Shown here: one piece after another, positions 24,362 to 37,297 of the stretch | Layout: the number at the start of each line of letters is the position of its first letter | Numbering within the stretch: the stretch's first letter is position 1 | Origin: Balamuthia mandrillaris | Taxonomy: Eukaryota | Length of the DNA stretch: 64,000 nucleotides | NCBI GenBank assembly: GCA_031835245.2 | Contig: JAVKOQ020000089.1 | Location: 1 to 64,000, forward strand | Reading direction: 5' to 3' | Position numbers and translations under genes: made by a program | The notes under the pieces: model-generated | Told to the model about the DNA's origin: nothing | The model's database searches: none | The model's input: the letters and a program-made list of their open reading frames with translations, nothing else

Positions 24362-24397
<36 letters not shown>

Positions 24398-25231
24398 TCC
24401 TCTCATCCTCTGTTCTCTCTTTCCTGTCTGTTGATAGTGGGCCAGCCAGCAGCGACACCTCATCAGAGAAACAGCAGAAGAATACAAAGCCGTCACACTG
24501 CCTTACATCCAACGCATTCCTCCGGAGCGCAACCAATGGATAGACAACATGTTTCGCTCTGTGGCTGCGTCCGCTTCTTCCTCTTCAGAGCTTCCTCCTC
24601 AAACCATCTTTTTCGAAGACGAGCATTTCCTATTTATTAGCGATGCCAAATGGGACGGTGCCTCTGTTGACCGGCTTCACTGCCTTGGTACCTCTTTCCT
24701 TCTTTCTTGTCCCTTCTTCCCTTTGTTTCTTTCTTGTCGTTTCTTTCTTTCTTTCTTCGCTCTTCTTGGCCACAATCCTAACCAAAACAACAGCACTCGT
24801 AAAAGAGAAAGAACTGTACACCATTAGAGAGTTATGCCAACAACATATCCCCATGCTACAAAACATTCGAGACAAAGGGTTAGCCTTCCTCCACGCCCAC
24901 TTTCATCTTCCTCCCTCTCAAGTCAAAGTCTATATCCACCATCTTCCCTCTTTCTTCCATCTTCACGTCCACTTTACTTGCCTTCGTGCGGCCAATAATA
25001 ATCCATTGGAAAGTCCGGTGGAGAGAGCGCATCTCTTGCCTTCGTGCGGCCAATAATAATCCATTGGAAAGTCCGGTGGAGAGAGCGCATCTCCTGGACG
25101 ACATCATAGATAACATCTCCAGAGAGGAACGCTACTATGAAAAAGTGAGCATCACGTATTGCCTTGGAGAAGCTATGCCGTTGTTCTCTCTATTGCAAAG
25201 CTACAGAAACAGCTCCAATGCAATAAAATGA
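23782..25231 (+). CDS. DCPS: Scavenger mRNA decapping enzyme DcpS (HIT family); frame broken by a 58-bp duplication in this assembly
   Basis: FPATDTEI, FLFISDAKWDG, TIREL...HIPMLQNI, HIT motif YIHHLPSFFHLHVHF, and ERAHLLDDIIDNI...YYEKVSITY. Confidence 0.88.
24977..25092 (+). repeat. Exact 58-bp tandem duplication inside the last DcpS exon
   Basis: cttgccttcgtgcggccaataataatccattggaaagtccggtggagagagcgcatct occurs at 24977-25034 and again at 25035-25092. Confidence 0.95.
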
Positions 25232-25696
25232 AAAAAACACAAACGAAAACAACGCACAAAAAACAAAAGGAAAGAGCAGCATCATCGACGACAAGTATTC
25301 ACGACGCATTCACCCTTAGAACAGACGCAAGGAAGACGCTAAAGTGGAGGAAGAAAAGTTGTGGACGTAAAAACGTCCTCCGTTTCTTCCTCTTTTAAAG
25401 GTTCATCATGCTCAAGTAGGCCGTTCGTTATAGCGTGAGCCACAACCGTCAACTCTCCTTGGTACTTCAGGGCGCTGATTGAGGTATCCTTTCTTCTCGG
25501 TGCGACTCTTCCGTTGAGCCCTGTTCCGCTTGCTCTGGCCTGTTGCTCCTCTTCATCTGTACCTCTCAAAAAAGTCTCCAGCACCACTATAACAGAAAAA
25601 GACTAAAAGAGAGGTCCGAGAACAAAACCAAAGGCGATAGTTTATAAGGGTGCAAATAACAAAAAATAAAATAAAAGCAAAGGTTTCGTCGTAGTT

Positions 25697-26324
25697 TTAC
25701 ATGCCAGAAGGAGGGTAGCCACCTTGTTGTGGGGGATAACCACCCTGCTGAGGAGGATAACCTCCGGTCGGAGGGGCATAGCCACCGGTTTGAGGAGGGT
25801 AGCCTCCGGTGGGAGGGGCAAAGCCACCAGTCTGAGGGGGGTAGCCTCCGGTTGGAGGAGGGTAGCCACCGTAGCCTCCGGTGGGAGGAGGAGCATACCC
25901 ACCCGTTTGAGGGGGATAACCGCCCCCGCTTCCACCAGTTTGGGGAGGATAACCGGAACCAGAAGCAGAGGAAGTGGTGGTGGTGGTGACAGTGGTGGTA
26001 GAGCCGGTGGTACCGGAAGTGGTGGAAGTGCCGGAAGAGGAGGAAGAGGCAGGACCGCATTTCAGCACTTGGATGAGACCGGCGGTGGAGGAGAAGCCCA
26101 CCCGCTCTGGGTTAGTGAGACGAGCTTCCTTCAGGGTCATGAGTTCGCGAAGGGTGATCTGTTTTAACGCGGGGAAGCAGCAAAGCGAGAGGTTAGGATG
26201 GAAAATGAGAGAGGGAGAGAGAGGAAAGAGCGAAGAGCAAGTTCAGGAACAGTAAATGCGTCTACAAATAAAAGTTCAGGAAGATAACGCAGTTTTGTAA
26301 CAGTCATCATTCTTTGCTCTCGAC

Positions 26325-26374
<50 letters not shown>

Positions 26375-26650
26375 AACTAAACAAACCTTGCAACTACCGA
26401 TGAGGTCATGAGCACCATTCTTGTCCCAATCAAAGACTTCGATCATGAAAGGCTGGTCCAAGTTCCCATGACACAACTGCTGGGTGTTGATGGTGAAGGG
26501 TCGCCATGTGGGGTTCAAGTTGTTTTTGATCATCTCGGTCTTGTGAACAACCACCCAACCACCTCCATAGGCGTGTTTCTTGTTCTTCTTGTCAATCTTT
26601 CCTGTTTTGTCTTTCTGTATTTTAAAGTGTTAAACGAGAAGGAAAGAGAG

Positions 26651-26688
<38 letters not shown>

Positions 26689-27363
26689 AGCGGAGGGAGG
26701 AAGGAGCGAGAGAGGGGAACGGAGAGCGTAGAGCGGGAAAGAGGGAGAGAGGGGAAGAAGAGCGGAGGGAGCGAGGGAGAGCTTGGGAGAGACCGACCTT
26801 TTTCTTGAAAGGATTGGATTGGTAGCTGGTAATCTGGCTTGAGAGTCGGGCTTTGCTGCAGCCAGTGGTGGTCAGTTTCTCTGAAAACACAGCTGGATCT
26901 GGGCGCATTAATGCGTTGAAACAGTACACTGACTCATTGAGGTGGTTGACAAACCTGATTTGGAGAGGAAATCCTTGTTGTCCAACTTCACCCCCTGCAA
27001 TTGGATTTCGTACACCTGTCCCTGCTGCTGCTGTTGCACAGGGGCTGCCTGTTGTTGCGGATAGCCTCCGCCGCCGCCGTATCCTCCTGCAGGAGGGTAG
27101 CCTCCCGTTTGGGGCGGGTAGCCGCCTCCTCCATAGCCGCCGCCACCGTAGCCTCCGGTTGGGGGGTAGCCTCCCGTGGGGGGTGGGTAGCCGCCGCCTC
27201 CCGTAGGGGCATAGCCTCCGGTGGGCGGTGGGTAGCCGCCGCCTCCGTAGCCGCCCTGTTGGGGTGGGTAGCCACCACCGGTTTGCTGTGGGGGGTAGCC
27301 GCCACCACCTCCGTAGCCGCCTTGTTGCGGGGGATAGCCACCACCTCCTCCTCCGTTATACAT
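25697..27363 (-). CDS. Copine-type C2 domain protein flanked by GGYPP repeats; may have a further 3' exon near 25339-25586
   Basis: LDNKDFLSKSDP, VHKTEMIKNNLNPTWRPF and IEVFDWDKNGAHDLIG match copine C2B. (GGYPPQ/T)n arrays at both ends. Confidence 0.8.
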
Positions 27364-27825
27364 TTTTTTTTTCTTTGTTTGTGGTAAAGCCTGTTGTTGT
27401 CGTGGGCTGCAGGAAGTAAGAGAACAAAAAACCAGAGGGAAGGGTAGGGCTAGTGCAAGAAAAAAAGGGCAATACAGCGAAACGAGCAGGTGCTGTTGCT
27501 GCTGGCGACCAGAGAGAGCGAAAAGCGTGATCTCGCTGGAGTTTTCATGGTCCGAGATTATCGATAAAAAATTCAGGGTGCACCGCTGCACGCTCCGCAG
27601 CAAGTCCGATAATTATTCTGATTTTTTTTGTCGTTCCGTTTCATTTATTGTAAGGTGAGGCGGAGATTATTATTGGGGGTTGTTGGGGGTAAAGCGAAGC
27701 AGTCGACAGAAATTGCTTACCAGCTAAAATAGCAGAGAAGGCAAAGTGTTGTCCTTTTTTTTCCCCACCAAATTTTGCTGCGTGGCGCCGCTTTATTGTT
27801 GGGGGGGTGGGCGGGGGGGGGTGGT

Positions 27826-30800
27826 TCAGAGATTCTTGGATTTGTCCTCCTTCAAACTGACGATGCTGTTGAAGACCAACCTCTCGGCGGTGGTGTCCTT
27901 GTCCAAAACAAAGTAGCCCTCCCTCTCAAACTGTAACTTATCTCCGGGTTTTCTCTCTGGTGTTGTTTTTTTGTATTCAAAACCAGAAAGGATAAGCAAA
28001 CACACACTCCAAAATCAAAAAACTGAGAGGAAGAGAGAGAGAGAGAAGAGAGCGAGACGAACCTTTCAAAGAAGCATTGCCAAAAGCGTTCGTGATGACC
28101 GTCTTGGAGTTCGGGTTGATGTCATCCAAAAAGTTTCGCGGGGGCAAGCCCTCCGCCTTCCGCTTCTTGTTCTCGTCTTTGGTGCCACCAGGGTACTTGG
28201 CCTTGAACAGTCGGTCGTACATGCGGACCTCGAGCTGCTCGGGCTCCTGGCCGGGAGCGGGACGAGCCACCCAATGCACAAAGCCCTTGGTCTTGTTCTT
28301 GTTCTCTAGGTCCACTGTGGCTTTGAGTTCGATGATGTTGCCCTCCTCGTCCTTGATCACGTCTGTGCAAGTGATGTTGTAGGCGTACTTGAGGCGCACT
28401 TCTTTGTTTGGCGCCAAACGGTAGTAATTCTATATAGAGTTGAAAACAATTAGCTTGTAAGAAAAAAAAAGGTAAAAGGAAAAATGTGAAAGAAAAGTCG
28501 TACAGCAGAGTCTTCCATCCTAAAGTCGTTAGCATCTATGTAGAGCACGTTGGAGAAGGGGATCTGGCGGGAGCCCCTCTCCGCCAAGCTCGGGTGGTTG
28601 GCAACGGTGAGTTGTTCCACCTTGCCTTCGGGGTAGTTGGTGAGTACGACCTTGATGGGACGAAGCACCACCATCTCCCTGTCGGCGCGGCCCTCCAGGT
28701 CCTGGCGGCAGCACTCCTCCAGGAATTCATAGTCCTGCCAGTTGAAGGCCTTGGTAATGCCGACGCGGCTGCAAAAGTTGTTGATGGCCTCGGGGGTGTA
28801 GCCCCTGCGACGAAGACCGTAGAGAGTGGCCAGACGGGGGTCATCCCAGCCGTCGACATATCTACCTTCGACCAGCTGGATAAGTTTGCGCTTGGACATG
28901 ACCGTGTAGGTCAGGTTCAGGCGGCTGTACTCAATTTGGGGGGAACGGTAGATGTCAAGAGCGGCCAGAAGCCAGTCGTAACTCTCTCGGCGGACCTCAA
29001 ACTCCAAGGAGCAGAGGGAGTGAGTGATGTTTTCCAGAGAGTCGCAGATGCAGTGCGTAAAATCGTAGGAGGGGTAGATGCACCACTGGTTGCCGGTGCG
29101 TGGGTGAGGTGTGTAGCGGATGCGGTAGGCCACCATGTCCCACATGCAAGGGTTGTCGCTGTCAATGTCCTGCTTCATACGGAGGGTAGCCTCGCCCTCC
29201 TTGAGCTTTCCCTTGCGCATGTCCTCAAAGAGCTTAAGGCTCTCTTCAATGGGCCTGTCACGCCACGGGCTTGCTCTTTTGGTTTCCAAAAACAAAAACA
29301 AAAATTAAAAATTGATAAAATGTTGGAAATGTTCAAACAGGAAGACAGCATACCGAGACTTGCCAGTCTTTTTCTTGTGCGCACGGTCCTCTTTGACCTG
29401 CTCGCTAGTCTGATGGCAGACGTAGGCTTTGCCTCGTTTGATCAACTCCACAGCCAACTGGTAGAGCTCCTCAAAGTAGTCCGAGGCATGGGTGACCTTG
29501 TATGGGGTATGTCCTAACCATAAAACATTGTCCAGGATGCTGCGGGCGTATTCCTCGCTCTCTTTCTCGGGATTGGTGTCATCGTAGCGCAGATAACAAC
29601 GACCCTCGGGCGCATCAGGACGGCTGGGCGGCCGCCAGTTCTTGGCAAAGCCAAAGTTGATGTTCATGGCCTTGGAGTGGCCCAAGTGGAGGTAGCCGTT
29701 GGGCTCAGGAGGAAAACGAGTGACAATGCGACCGCCGGTGGCCTCAAAGTGCTTCTTGAGGATCTCGGGAGGGTTGCCCTTAATGTTATCAGCAGGGTCC
29801 ACACGCATCCATTCTGGATATTCTGGTTCCTCTGGTTCCTGAGAGGCGGCTGCCTTTTGTTCGGAGGCCTTTACTTTCTCACCAGCAGATTCGTTGCTGG
29901 AGGAAGCTGCTTTAGTTGGTTTTGGCTATCCAACAAACCAAAAAATAATTGAAAAAATAAGTTTGATAAGAGACTCAAAAGATACCAAACAGAAGAAGAA
30001 AGAAGGGAGGGGAAGGTAACCTTCTTTCCCTTGGGTGGTGGGCCAAATTTGTTGAGGAAGACCTCGTCCAGGATTTTCTTTATCTCGCTGGCGTTGCCCC
30101 ACTTGAGGTTGTCCTTAATAATCTTGAAAATGTCCATCTTCATCCAGTGTCCTCCTGCCTCATCGTTCAGCTCTTCCTCCTTCTCTTTCATCACTGTCTC
30201 GAGCTCCTGTTTGATCTCCGCTGGCGTTACGACCACTCCCACCTAGCGAGCCAATAGTGGTAATGATAGTTTCTAAGTTAGGCAATATAAGGAAGTCGAG
30301 AAGAGAAAAGGATAGCAAAAAAGAGAGGAGAGAGAAGCAAAAAGGAGAACAGAGAGAAGATGGTAAAAGCACAAGGACAAGAGAAACGTACTCCACAAGC
30401 GGCTTTGAAGGCGCTCTCATCAATGTCTCCCTTGACTGTCTTCACAAAGTGGAAGGCCTCTGTCAGCTGTATCTTGTTGGCAATATCTCCCTTCACGATG
30501 TTGTGGCACACAAAGGGGCGATGCGCGAGCGCGCTGTCGGGGTACTGAGCGGCCACCTCCGCCAACAGATTGCCCACTACTTTGTCGCAACCACTCTCTG
30601 TCACTCCAGCCTTTGGAATATCGTGAAAAAAAGGAGGAAGATAGACCCGCGTGAGCCATTCGAAAAAAATTTAAAAAAAAACCGATACACAAGAAGAGAA
30701 AGTGGAAAGAAAGAAATCACCTCCTTGGCGATGTCCAACAATTTTTGGGTGTATGCCTCATTTTTCAAAAGATCCTCCACTTTCTTCTTGGGAAAGCCAA

Positions 30801-30843
30801 AGCACTTGGCCAGGACCTCGCCCGCGCTGTTGTTGGAACTCAT
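27826..30843 (-). CDS. QARS1: Glutaminyl-tRNA synthetase, multi-exon
   Basis: [56 protein letters not shown] and FEREGYF. Eukaryotic N-terminal extension present. Confidence 0.96.
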
Positions 30844-31444
30844 CGCTGGTGACTGCTACTCGTTTGCTCGCGGGAAAAAAAAAGAGCCTTTCTGTGGTGG
30901 GTTCTGTCTTCCTTCTCTCTCTCTCTGTCTTCGCCCCCAATTTTTTTTTGTTGAGGCGTTTCTGGGATTTTTCTCGTATCGTCCTCTCTCCTCTCTGCTT
31001 CCCGTTGTTTGGCTGTAGAATTTTGTGCTCTCATGTCTACCTTAAAACTACCGTTTTCATGACGACACAAAATTACTTCATGACGACGTGAATTATTTGA
31101 CTACTGGAAGAAAAGCAGGAAGATGGCTTTGTCGCAGATGAGGGAGAGAAGAGCGTTCGAAAGAAGAGAACGTGGGGAGGAAGAAACACTGTTTTTTGAT
31201 CGTTTTAAAATCTTATTCCTAAATAATCACACTGGCCCAAACCAGTTGGCAAAAAGGAACAGAGACGAGCAATCGAGGTACCACACAATAGGAGAAGAGA
31301 AAAAAAAGGGGGAAAAAAAAGATGAATCGAAGGAGTAGAGGGGATCCGTTGAAGTTCCACTTTTCTATTCACTTTTTTTTGGCACAAAGAGCTCCGCCCT
31401 CCCCCCCTTTTTTTGTTGGTTATTTCCAAAAAAAAGTTCCCAGT

Positions 31445-31645
31445 TTATCGCAGTCTGCGGGCCTCACGCTCCGTCTCGAGAAGGGTGAGGATGTCGTCCT
31501 TGCGCACGGGGCCAACAACGTTTCGGATGATGGGGCGGCGGTTGGAGTTGATGAACTCGCAGCGCACTTGGGTCACACCTCCACGAGAGCCGGTTCTGCC
31601 GAGGATGTCCTTGACCTTGACGTAGGTTACTTCTTCCTTCTCCAT
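31445..31645 (-). CDS. RPS28: 40S ribosomal protein eS28, 66 aa
   Basis: [18 protein letters not shown]...[28 protein letters not shown]. Confidence 0.97.
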   Translation of the reverse strand: MEKEEVTYVKVKDILGRTGSRGGVTQVRCEFINSNRRPIIRNVVGPVRKDDILTLLETEREARRLR

Positions 31646-32073
31646 TTCGAAATCTTTCTTTCTTGCTTTGCTACGCGGAGCGCTGGCGTGTGGCTGTGTG
31701 GTCCTCCAAAAAAAAAGCTGAAACTTTTTTGTTCTGTTTGTTGTGGGCGTAAAACAAAGAGGGGGAAAAAAAACTCGCAAAGTTAAAAAAAGAAGAAACT
31801 AGGAACTCAAACTCCGCTGAATCTTGGCCAATCCGAAATCTAACAAAATCAAACCTCCAATCGACGGTCCGGCTGATGTGGCCGAAATATCCTTACAAGG
31901 ATAAGTTTAAACATCGAAAAAAAAACCAAATGGAACAACTCAAACCTTTTTTTTTTCTCTTTTTTCTCTTATTATTTTTCACTCAGCAGAAAAAGTAAGC
32001 CGCGGACGTCTTTGGGGGCCAGCCGTACTTTTTAAATCCTCTCCGTAATCTTCTGCAGCCGTCACGAAACATA

Positions 32074-32829
32074 ATGCCAGCCAAGGTTTGTTCCACTTGA
32101 CGCACCAACCCTTCTTTTTGTGTGATGATGATGTGGATCTTTGCTTGATCGGAGTGTGATTTGTTTGTCTCGATTTTTTGTGTGTTACTGAAACGGCCCT
32201 TTCCCTCCTGTTTCATCTCTTGGTTATTTTTTTGTTGATCGGTTGCGTTTGGTCATGAAGCGAGGTGGAAGCCGTAAGAGTAAGAAGGCAACCCTCAAGT
32301 TTGCCATTGACTGTTCTTCTCCTGTGGAGGATGGCATCTTGGACCCCAACTCCTTTGTACGATTTTCATCACCCTTTCTTTCTCTCGCTCTGTCCGCTTC
32401 ACTCTCTTTCTCTCGTCACTTTGATGTTTACTCCCCACAAAATTGTTCACACACAAACAGGAGAAGTTTTTGCACGACAGAATCAAGGTGAACGGCAAGG
32501 CTGGTCAATTGGGCGACAAGGTCAAGATCACCAGGGAAAAGACAAAGATTCAAGTGAGCGCTCAGGCTCCTTTCTCCAAGAGGTACCTCAAGTATCTCAC
32601 AAAGAAATACCTGAAGAAGCAACAGCTCCGTGACTGGCTCCGTGTGGTCTCCCAGGACAAGAATACCTACGAGCTTAGGTACTGCCCTTTTACTTTTCAA
32701 CCGCTTCACTTTTCTCCCTTGTCTACCTCTATCCTTCGTGATATTGACCATTCCCGTTTGTTCTTCTTTATTCTCAGGTACTTCAACATCCACGACGCTG
32801 AGGAAGGAGAGGAGGCAGCTGCCCAGTAA
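32074..32829 (+). CDS. RPL22: 60S ribosomal protein eL22; probable 12-nt first exon (MPAK) plus 3 exons
   Basis: [52 protein letters not shown] and YELRYFNI. Confidence 0.96.
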
Positions 32830-32999
32830 ACGAAAAAATAAAAACCTATGTTGTCCCCTTCAACAAAGAAGCAGCTTCCAAGCTTTGTTTTCTTACGAAT
32901 ATAAAGCCGTAGCGTTGGCCCCATTCTTCTCTTTTCTCTCGGTCTCTCTTCATCTGTATTCTTTCGCTTCCTCTTTTCTTTTCTTCTTTGTTCGCTTGT

Positions 33000-35036
33000 T
33001 CAAAAGAAAGAAGACAAGTAGGGAGTGAGGTAAGGCAACCATGCTGCCGGCTGACGATCCGCTCTTTGGAACAGCTCCTCGGTGACGGGCTTTGCGTGTT
33101 CCCACAAGCTCTCCCGTTCCTTGTCCAAGCGCTCGGCCAACGCTGCGTCCTCTGTCAACAACACAACCGACGCTTCCAAATCCCTTTCCACCGACCGTTT
33201 TCCTTTTTGTTTTTTTTGTTCGTCAAAGAAGAAGAGAAGAGCTAAGAAGAGCTAGGGGACAAAGAAGCAAGAGGTTACCAAAGTTAGGACTGCCTAGAAT
33301 GGTGACACGAGCCGAAGAAGAGGATGGAGACGGAGAGAGCCAAAGTCCTTTGGCATGATAGGTCCATTTTTTGGAGGAGGGACCACCCTGTTGCCACTCG
33401 TACAGACGGATGGAGTTCTCTAGCCCGGCAGATCTGATCCGTTCAAAGAGAGCCCTCTCCAAACAGGTGTAACAATGAGTGATGTGACGAGCGACTCCGC
33501 TCCCTCCAAAGAAGCTGTTGGCTTCTGGGGCTGCTGTCAGTATCTCGATGCTTTGTTTTGTGCGTTGTTGCGAGGGAAAGTGGAGAAGGTCTTGGGTGTA
33601 GCGCTCTGTAAAGTTAAGGTAGGCTGACGAGATGTGAAAAGTGGAGAGCGGAGGGGAAGGAGAAGAATCGCAACTGCCACGAAAGAGGAAGGAGGTAATC
33701 TCTTCATCGTGGCGGATGCCGAAAGGAGCCATTTGCAGAGTGGGTAGAACCCATGTCGCTCCCCCTTTCTGCTTGTTGAGAGGAGGAGAAGAAGAAGAAG
33801 GTAATGGATGAAGACGAGACGAGTCACGGAGAAGAGAGGAGAGACGTCTGTTGGCTTCTTCCTTTGGAAGAAGAGCATTCGATTCCACCTGTTTGCTTCT
33901 GGGATCTAAATGCCAGGAGAGATCGCCCACTGTTTCCATCAGGCGTGAGAAAAAGTGGGCCAGAGCAGGAGCCTGCTCCATCACCATGTAGCGATCCTTC
34001 CGATCGGTGAAGTAATCCGTGGAGAGATTCGCTCTGTTGTGTGTTTGGCAAGTCAAAAAAAACAAAACTACAGAGAGGAGAAGAAGTAGAAAGGAAGAAA
34101 TGAAGAACGAACCCACTGAGAATGAGGTCATCATCGAATAGGAAAGCTTTGATGTGCGAAAGACCAAAGACTTCCTTGAAGCGAGGAGAGGGCACCAAGC
34201 GGTGCCCCCACTGCCACCAAAGCGGAGCAGGCACCTGAAAGAGAGTGACTTTCACCCTCTCAGGAAAGGCGGCTTGGAGGCGATGGAGTTCCTCCAGTCC
34301 TTTAGGGTCGCGAGTGCTGCGGCAGTGGTCAAAGTGGAGGTGAACTTGAAGCTGTGAATTTGCACGACAAGCAGAGTGGAGAGCGGCCATCAGCCTATCC
34401 ACTTGCGGAGAGGACGTGCCGAGATAGAGGGCAGAGAGGACCACTCTGTGTTGGGCTTGCTTTATGCCTTCCTACAAAACGCAGTGATGAGAGAGAGAGA
34501 GAGAGAGAGAGAAAGGAGAGAGAAGAGAGGAAGGGGAGAGAGAGAGAGAGAGAGAGGAAGGGAGAGAGAGAGAGAGAGAGAGAGAGCAGAAAAGCAGAGA
34601 AGCAGAAGAGAATAACCTCCAATCGATCTAAAAACTGGGAGGGTTGCTCCAAGAATTGCACTCGATGGGGGTCGACCTCAAAAGCGGGTCCACGTTCGTT
34701 CAGCCAACGAAACATGGAGTTGAGTTGAGAGTGGCGAAAGTGCTCGTCGGGTTTAGGTCCACCATCCTCCGTGTCCTCATTGACACCGTTGGTGTGGGTC
34801 GAAAAAGAAGGGGATGAACAAAAGTGAGGCCGACAAAGCCACGGGGAGGTAGCCAACGTTACTCGTTTCTTTGCATCAAGTGTGGAAAGCAAAAAAAAAG
34901 CATGAGAAGGAAGTAGCTAGAGCAAATGTGGTGGTTCACTTGGTACCAAGAAAGGCAGAGGGTGTGCCCTCAGCGACACCCTTTTACACGACGGCAGCGA
35001 GAACGGCACCAACCGAGGCAAACCACCACTCTTCAT
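33000..35036 (-). CDS. PGS1: Mitochondrial phosphatidylglycerophosphate synthase (PLD-type), multi-exon; start approximate
   Basis: LSALYLG, HIKAFLFDDDLILSGANLSTDYFTDRKDRY, TAAPEANSFFG, WTYHAKGLW, TILGSPNFG and ERDLEA. Confidence 0.9.
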
Positions 35037-35142
35037 CTTCGGATTTTTTTTTCCAAGAAAGAAAGAAAAACCAAACGACTTCGCCTCAGGTAGCCGGTGG
35101 TGCCTGAGGCGGCCACACGGCAAGAGAGGTGGGGAGGAGGTC

Positions 35143-35261
35143 GGATACGGCCATACTGCGGAGAAAGCACCGCTTCCCGTCCGATCAGCGAAGTTAAGCT
35201 CCGCCAGGCGATGTTAGTACTGGGGTGGGTGACCACCCGGGAATCCATCGTGCTGTATCCT
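35143..35261 (+). rRNA. 5S rRNA, copy 1
   Basis: 119 nt GGATACGGCCATAC...GTGCTGTATCCT with paired termini and internal GAAGTTAAGC and TAGTACTG elements. A long T-run terminator follows. Confidence 0.97.
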
Positions 35262-35356
35262 TTTTTTTTTTTTTAAAAGCTGTTGCCCTCTTTGTTTCTC
35301 TAAACGTGCCGACGAACTGACCGGCTCATTCAACACTTTCAAAGCTTCCTTGCCTT

Positions 35357-35415
<59 letters not shown>

Positions 35416-36160
35416 CCTCCCTCCCTCCCTCCTGCTTTGGTGCAGCCGATGAATGTTTCTTCCTGTTCCCACAATGCCAAACCCTTCGTCTGGCACGTAT
35501 AAAACCACCGCCGCTCCCTACCTATGGCTCTTTCTTCTTTCACTCAGGTCTGACAACCAGCCTGTCACACAAACTTTTTATGGATTTGTGGAAGGTCAAA
35601 CAGAGGACCCAGAGCGAAAAGGAAGGGACTTGAGAAAGGAGTGGTGGGTGGGATGGGAAGGGGAAAAACACGAGAGCGAAAGGGAGAAGAGAGAGAAGAG
35701 AGGGGGGAAGCGACAAGCTGAACTCTTTTTTTTTTTTCGTTTCTTCTTTTCTCGTTGTTGTGTTTTTCTTCTTTCTCTCTTCTCCCGTTCCTTTTTCGTT
35801 TCGACCGAGAAAGCCTTGCTTCCACTTTTCTGTAACAGGTCCTCGGTTGGGGGTTTTTCGTGAACCTCTTTCACGCTTGGGATCACTTCTGGTGGCAAGG
35901 TTACAGATCACTGCGTAGAAAACAAACAAGAAGAAATGAGCGGTGGTGTTTTGGTTTGAAGGCGAAAGCAAAAGTGAGAGAAGAAGGGAAGTGGGTAGGT
36001 CTCCACCAGCACGAGCGGCAACACCTTCCGCGGCGTGAGGGCTTCCTGCATTTGTTACTCTCTCTCTCATCTTCTTTCTCCATAGACATGAGAGACGAGA
36101 CAAAAAAAAAAAAAGGTTGCAGCTTTTTCTATCCCGCACAACCAAAAACATACCAAGAAG

Positions 36161-37297
36161 ATGAAGAAGAGCAAGCGCTGCATGACGGAGGAGGAGGAGG
36201 AGGTGCAAGCAAAGCGTGATGCGAGGAGGAAGACAGAGGAGAAGAAGCGGAGGAGAGTTGAGGACGCTGTGAAGGAGAGGAGTGAGAACAGCTCGCTGTT
36301 GCCTCTGGAGCTGTGGTCGCTGATCACGAGCTACTTGGACGCGCGTACTCTCCTTAGTTTGAGCCGCACTTGCTCTCTGTTTCGTACTCTTGCTGCTGCA
36401 CCTTCTGTTTGGGCTCCTTCTGCACGACTAGAAGAGATCGTTTCTTTCATTCTTTCCCCAGAACAGGTCTCTACTTCTTCTTTTCCTTTTCTTTGGCTTC
36501 TTTGTTAATCTTTTGCATCTCTCAAACAGGAATTGGAGAAGAAGATGCGTTTCAACGGCTTTTTGGGCCTTCTCCTGCAACGTCGACAGTACGCTCAGGC
36601 CAGATGGCTGCTGGGCACTCACTTTAAACTCTTCCAACCTTCCTTCTATCTTCAAGCGGCAGAAGCAAAACCACATGAAAAAGAAAAGAGCAAGAAGAAA
36701 AAGAGAGCGTGGAAGGTGGCAGGAGTCAAGTTAGAGCGTCGAGGCGAGAGGCCAGTGGGCCTGGAGACCTTGGTTGTGTGGAGGGTGCACCTTGTAGACA
36801 AAGCAGAAGACGAAGCATCCTCTTCGACCTTTTCTCTCGCAAAAGGAAAGGGTACTGCAGCGGAACCGTTTCTTCTGGACGAAGACGAGTCGAAAGGAAG
36901 AGAGGAAGTGGAAGCAGGAGGAGAAGAAATGAGTCCTATAGTTTGGGTTGAAGCACACCTTGCTTGGAGGCGGTTGATGATGGAGTGGATTGGCCCCACC
37001 GATAAGCTCGTTTGGACAGAGTCGAGCCTTCACGCAACAAGCAGCTACTTTGCCTCGGTGTACCTCATCGAGAACGAAAGCAAACAGGAGCACCTCCCCG
37101 CCATCACCTCCAACGACGCCCTACCAACCTCCAGCTGCCCGTTCAAGCGGTTATTCCACGTTTCAACCCCAATCGCCATGCCCCACGTGCAGGAAGGCCC
37201 CGAGCCTTGCAAGCAGGTCTTGCGCAAACAGGTGCAAGAGGCCTTGCGCCTCATCGCCGCCGAGAGCGGCTGCCAACGCGCTCACATTACCTCTTGA
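36161..37297 (+). CDS. F-box protein, 2 exons (intron ~36467-36529)
   Basis: LLPLELWSLITSYLDARTLLSLSRTCSLFRTLA...VW F-box. C-terminal region not recognised. Confidence 0.75.

Noticed and set aside
28486..29517. 343-aa plus-strand ORF
   Set aside because: Antisense shadow of the GC-rich GlnRS exons.
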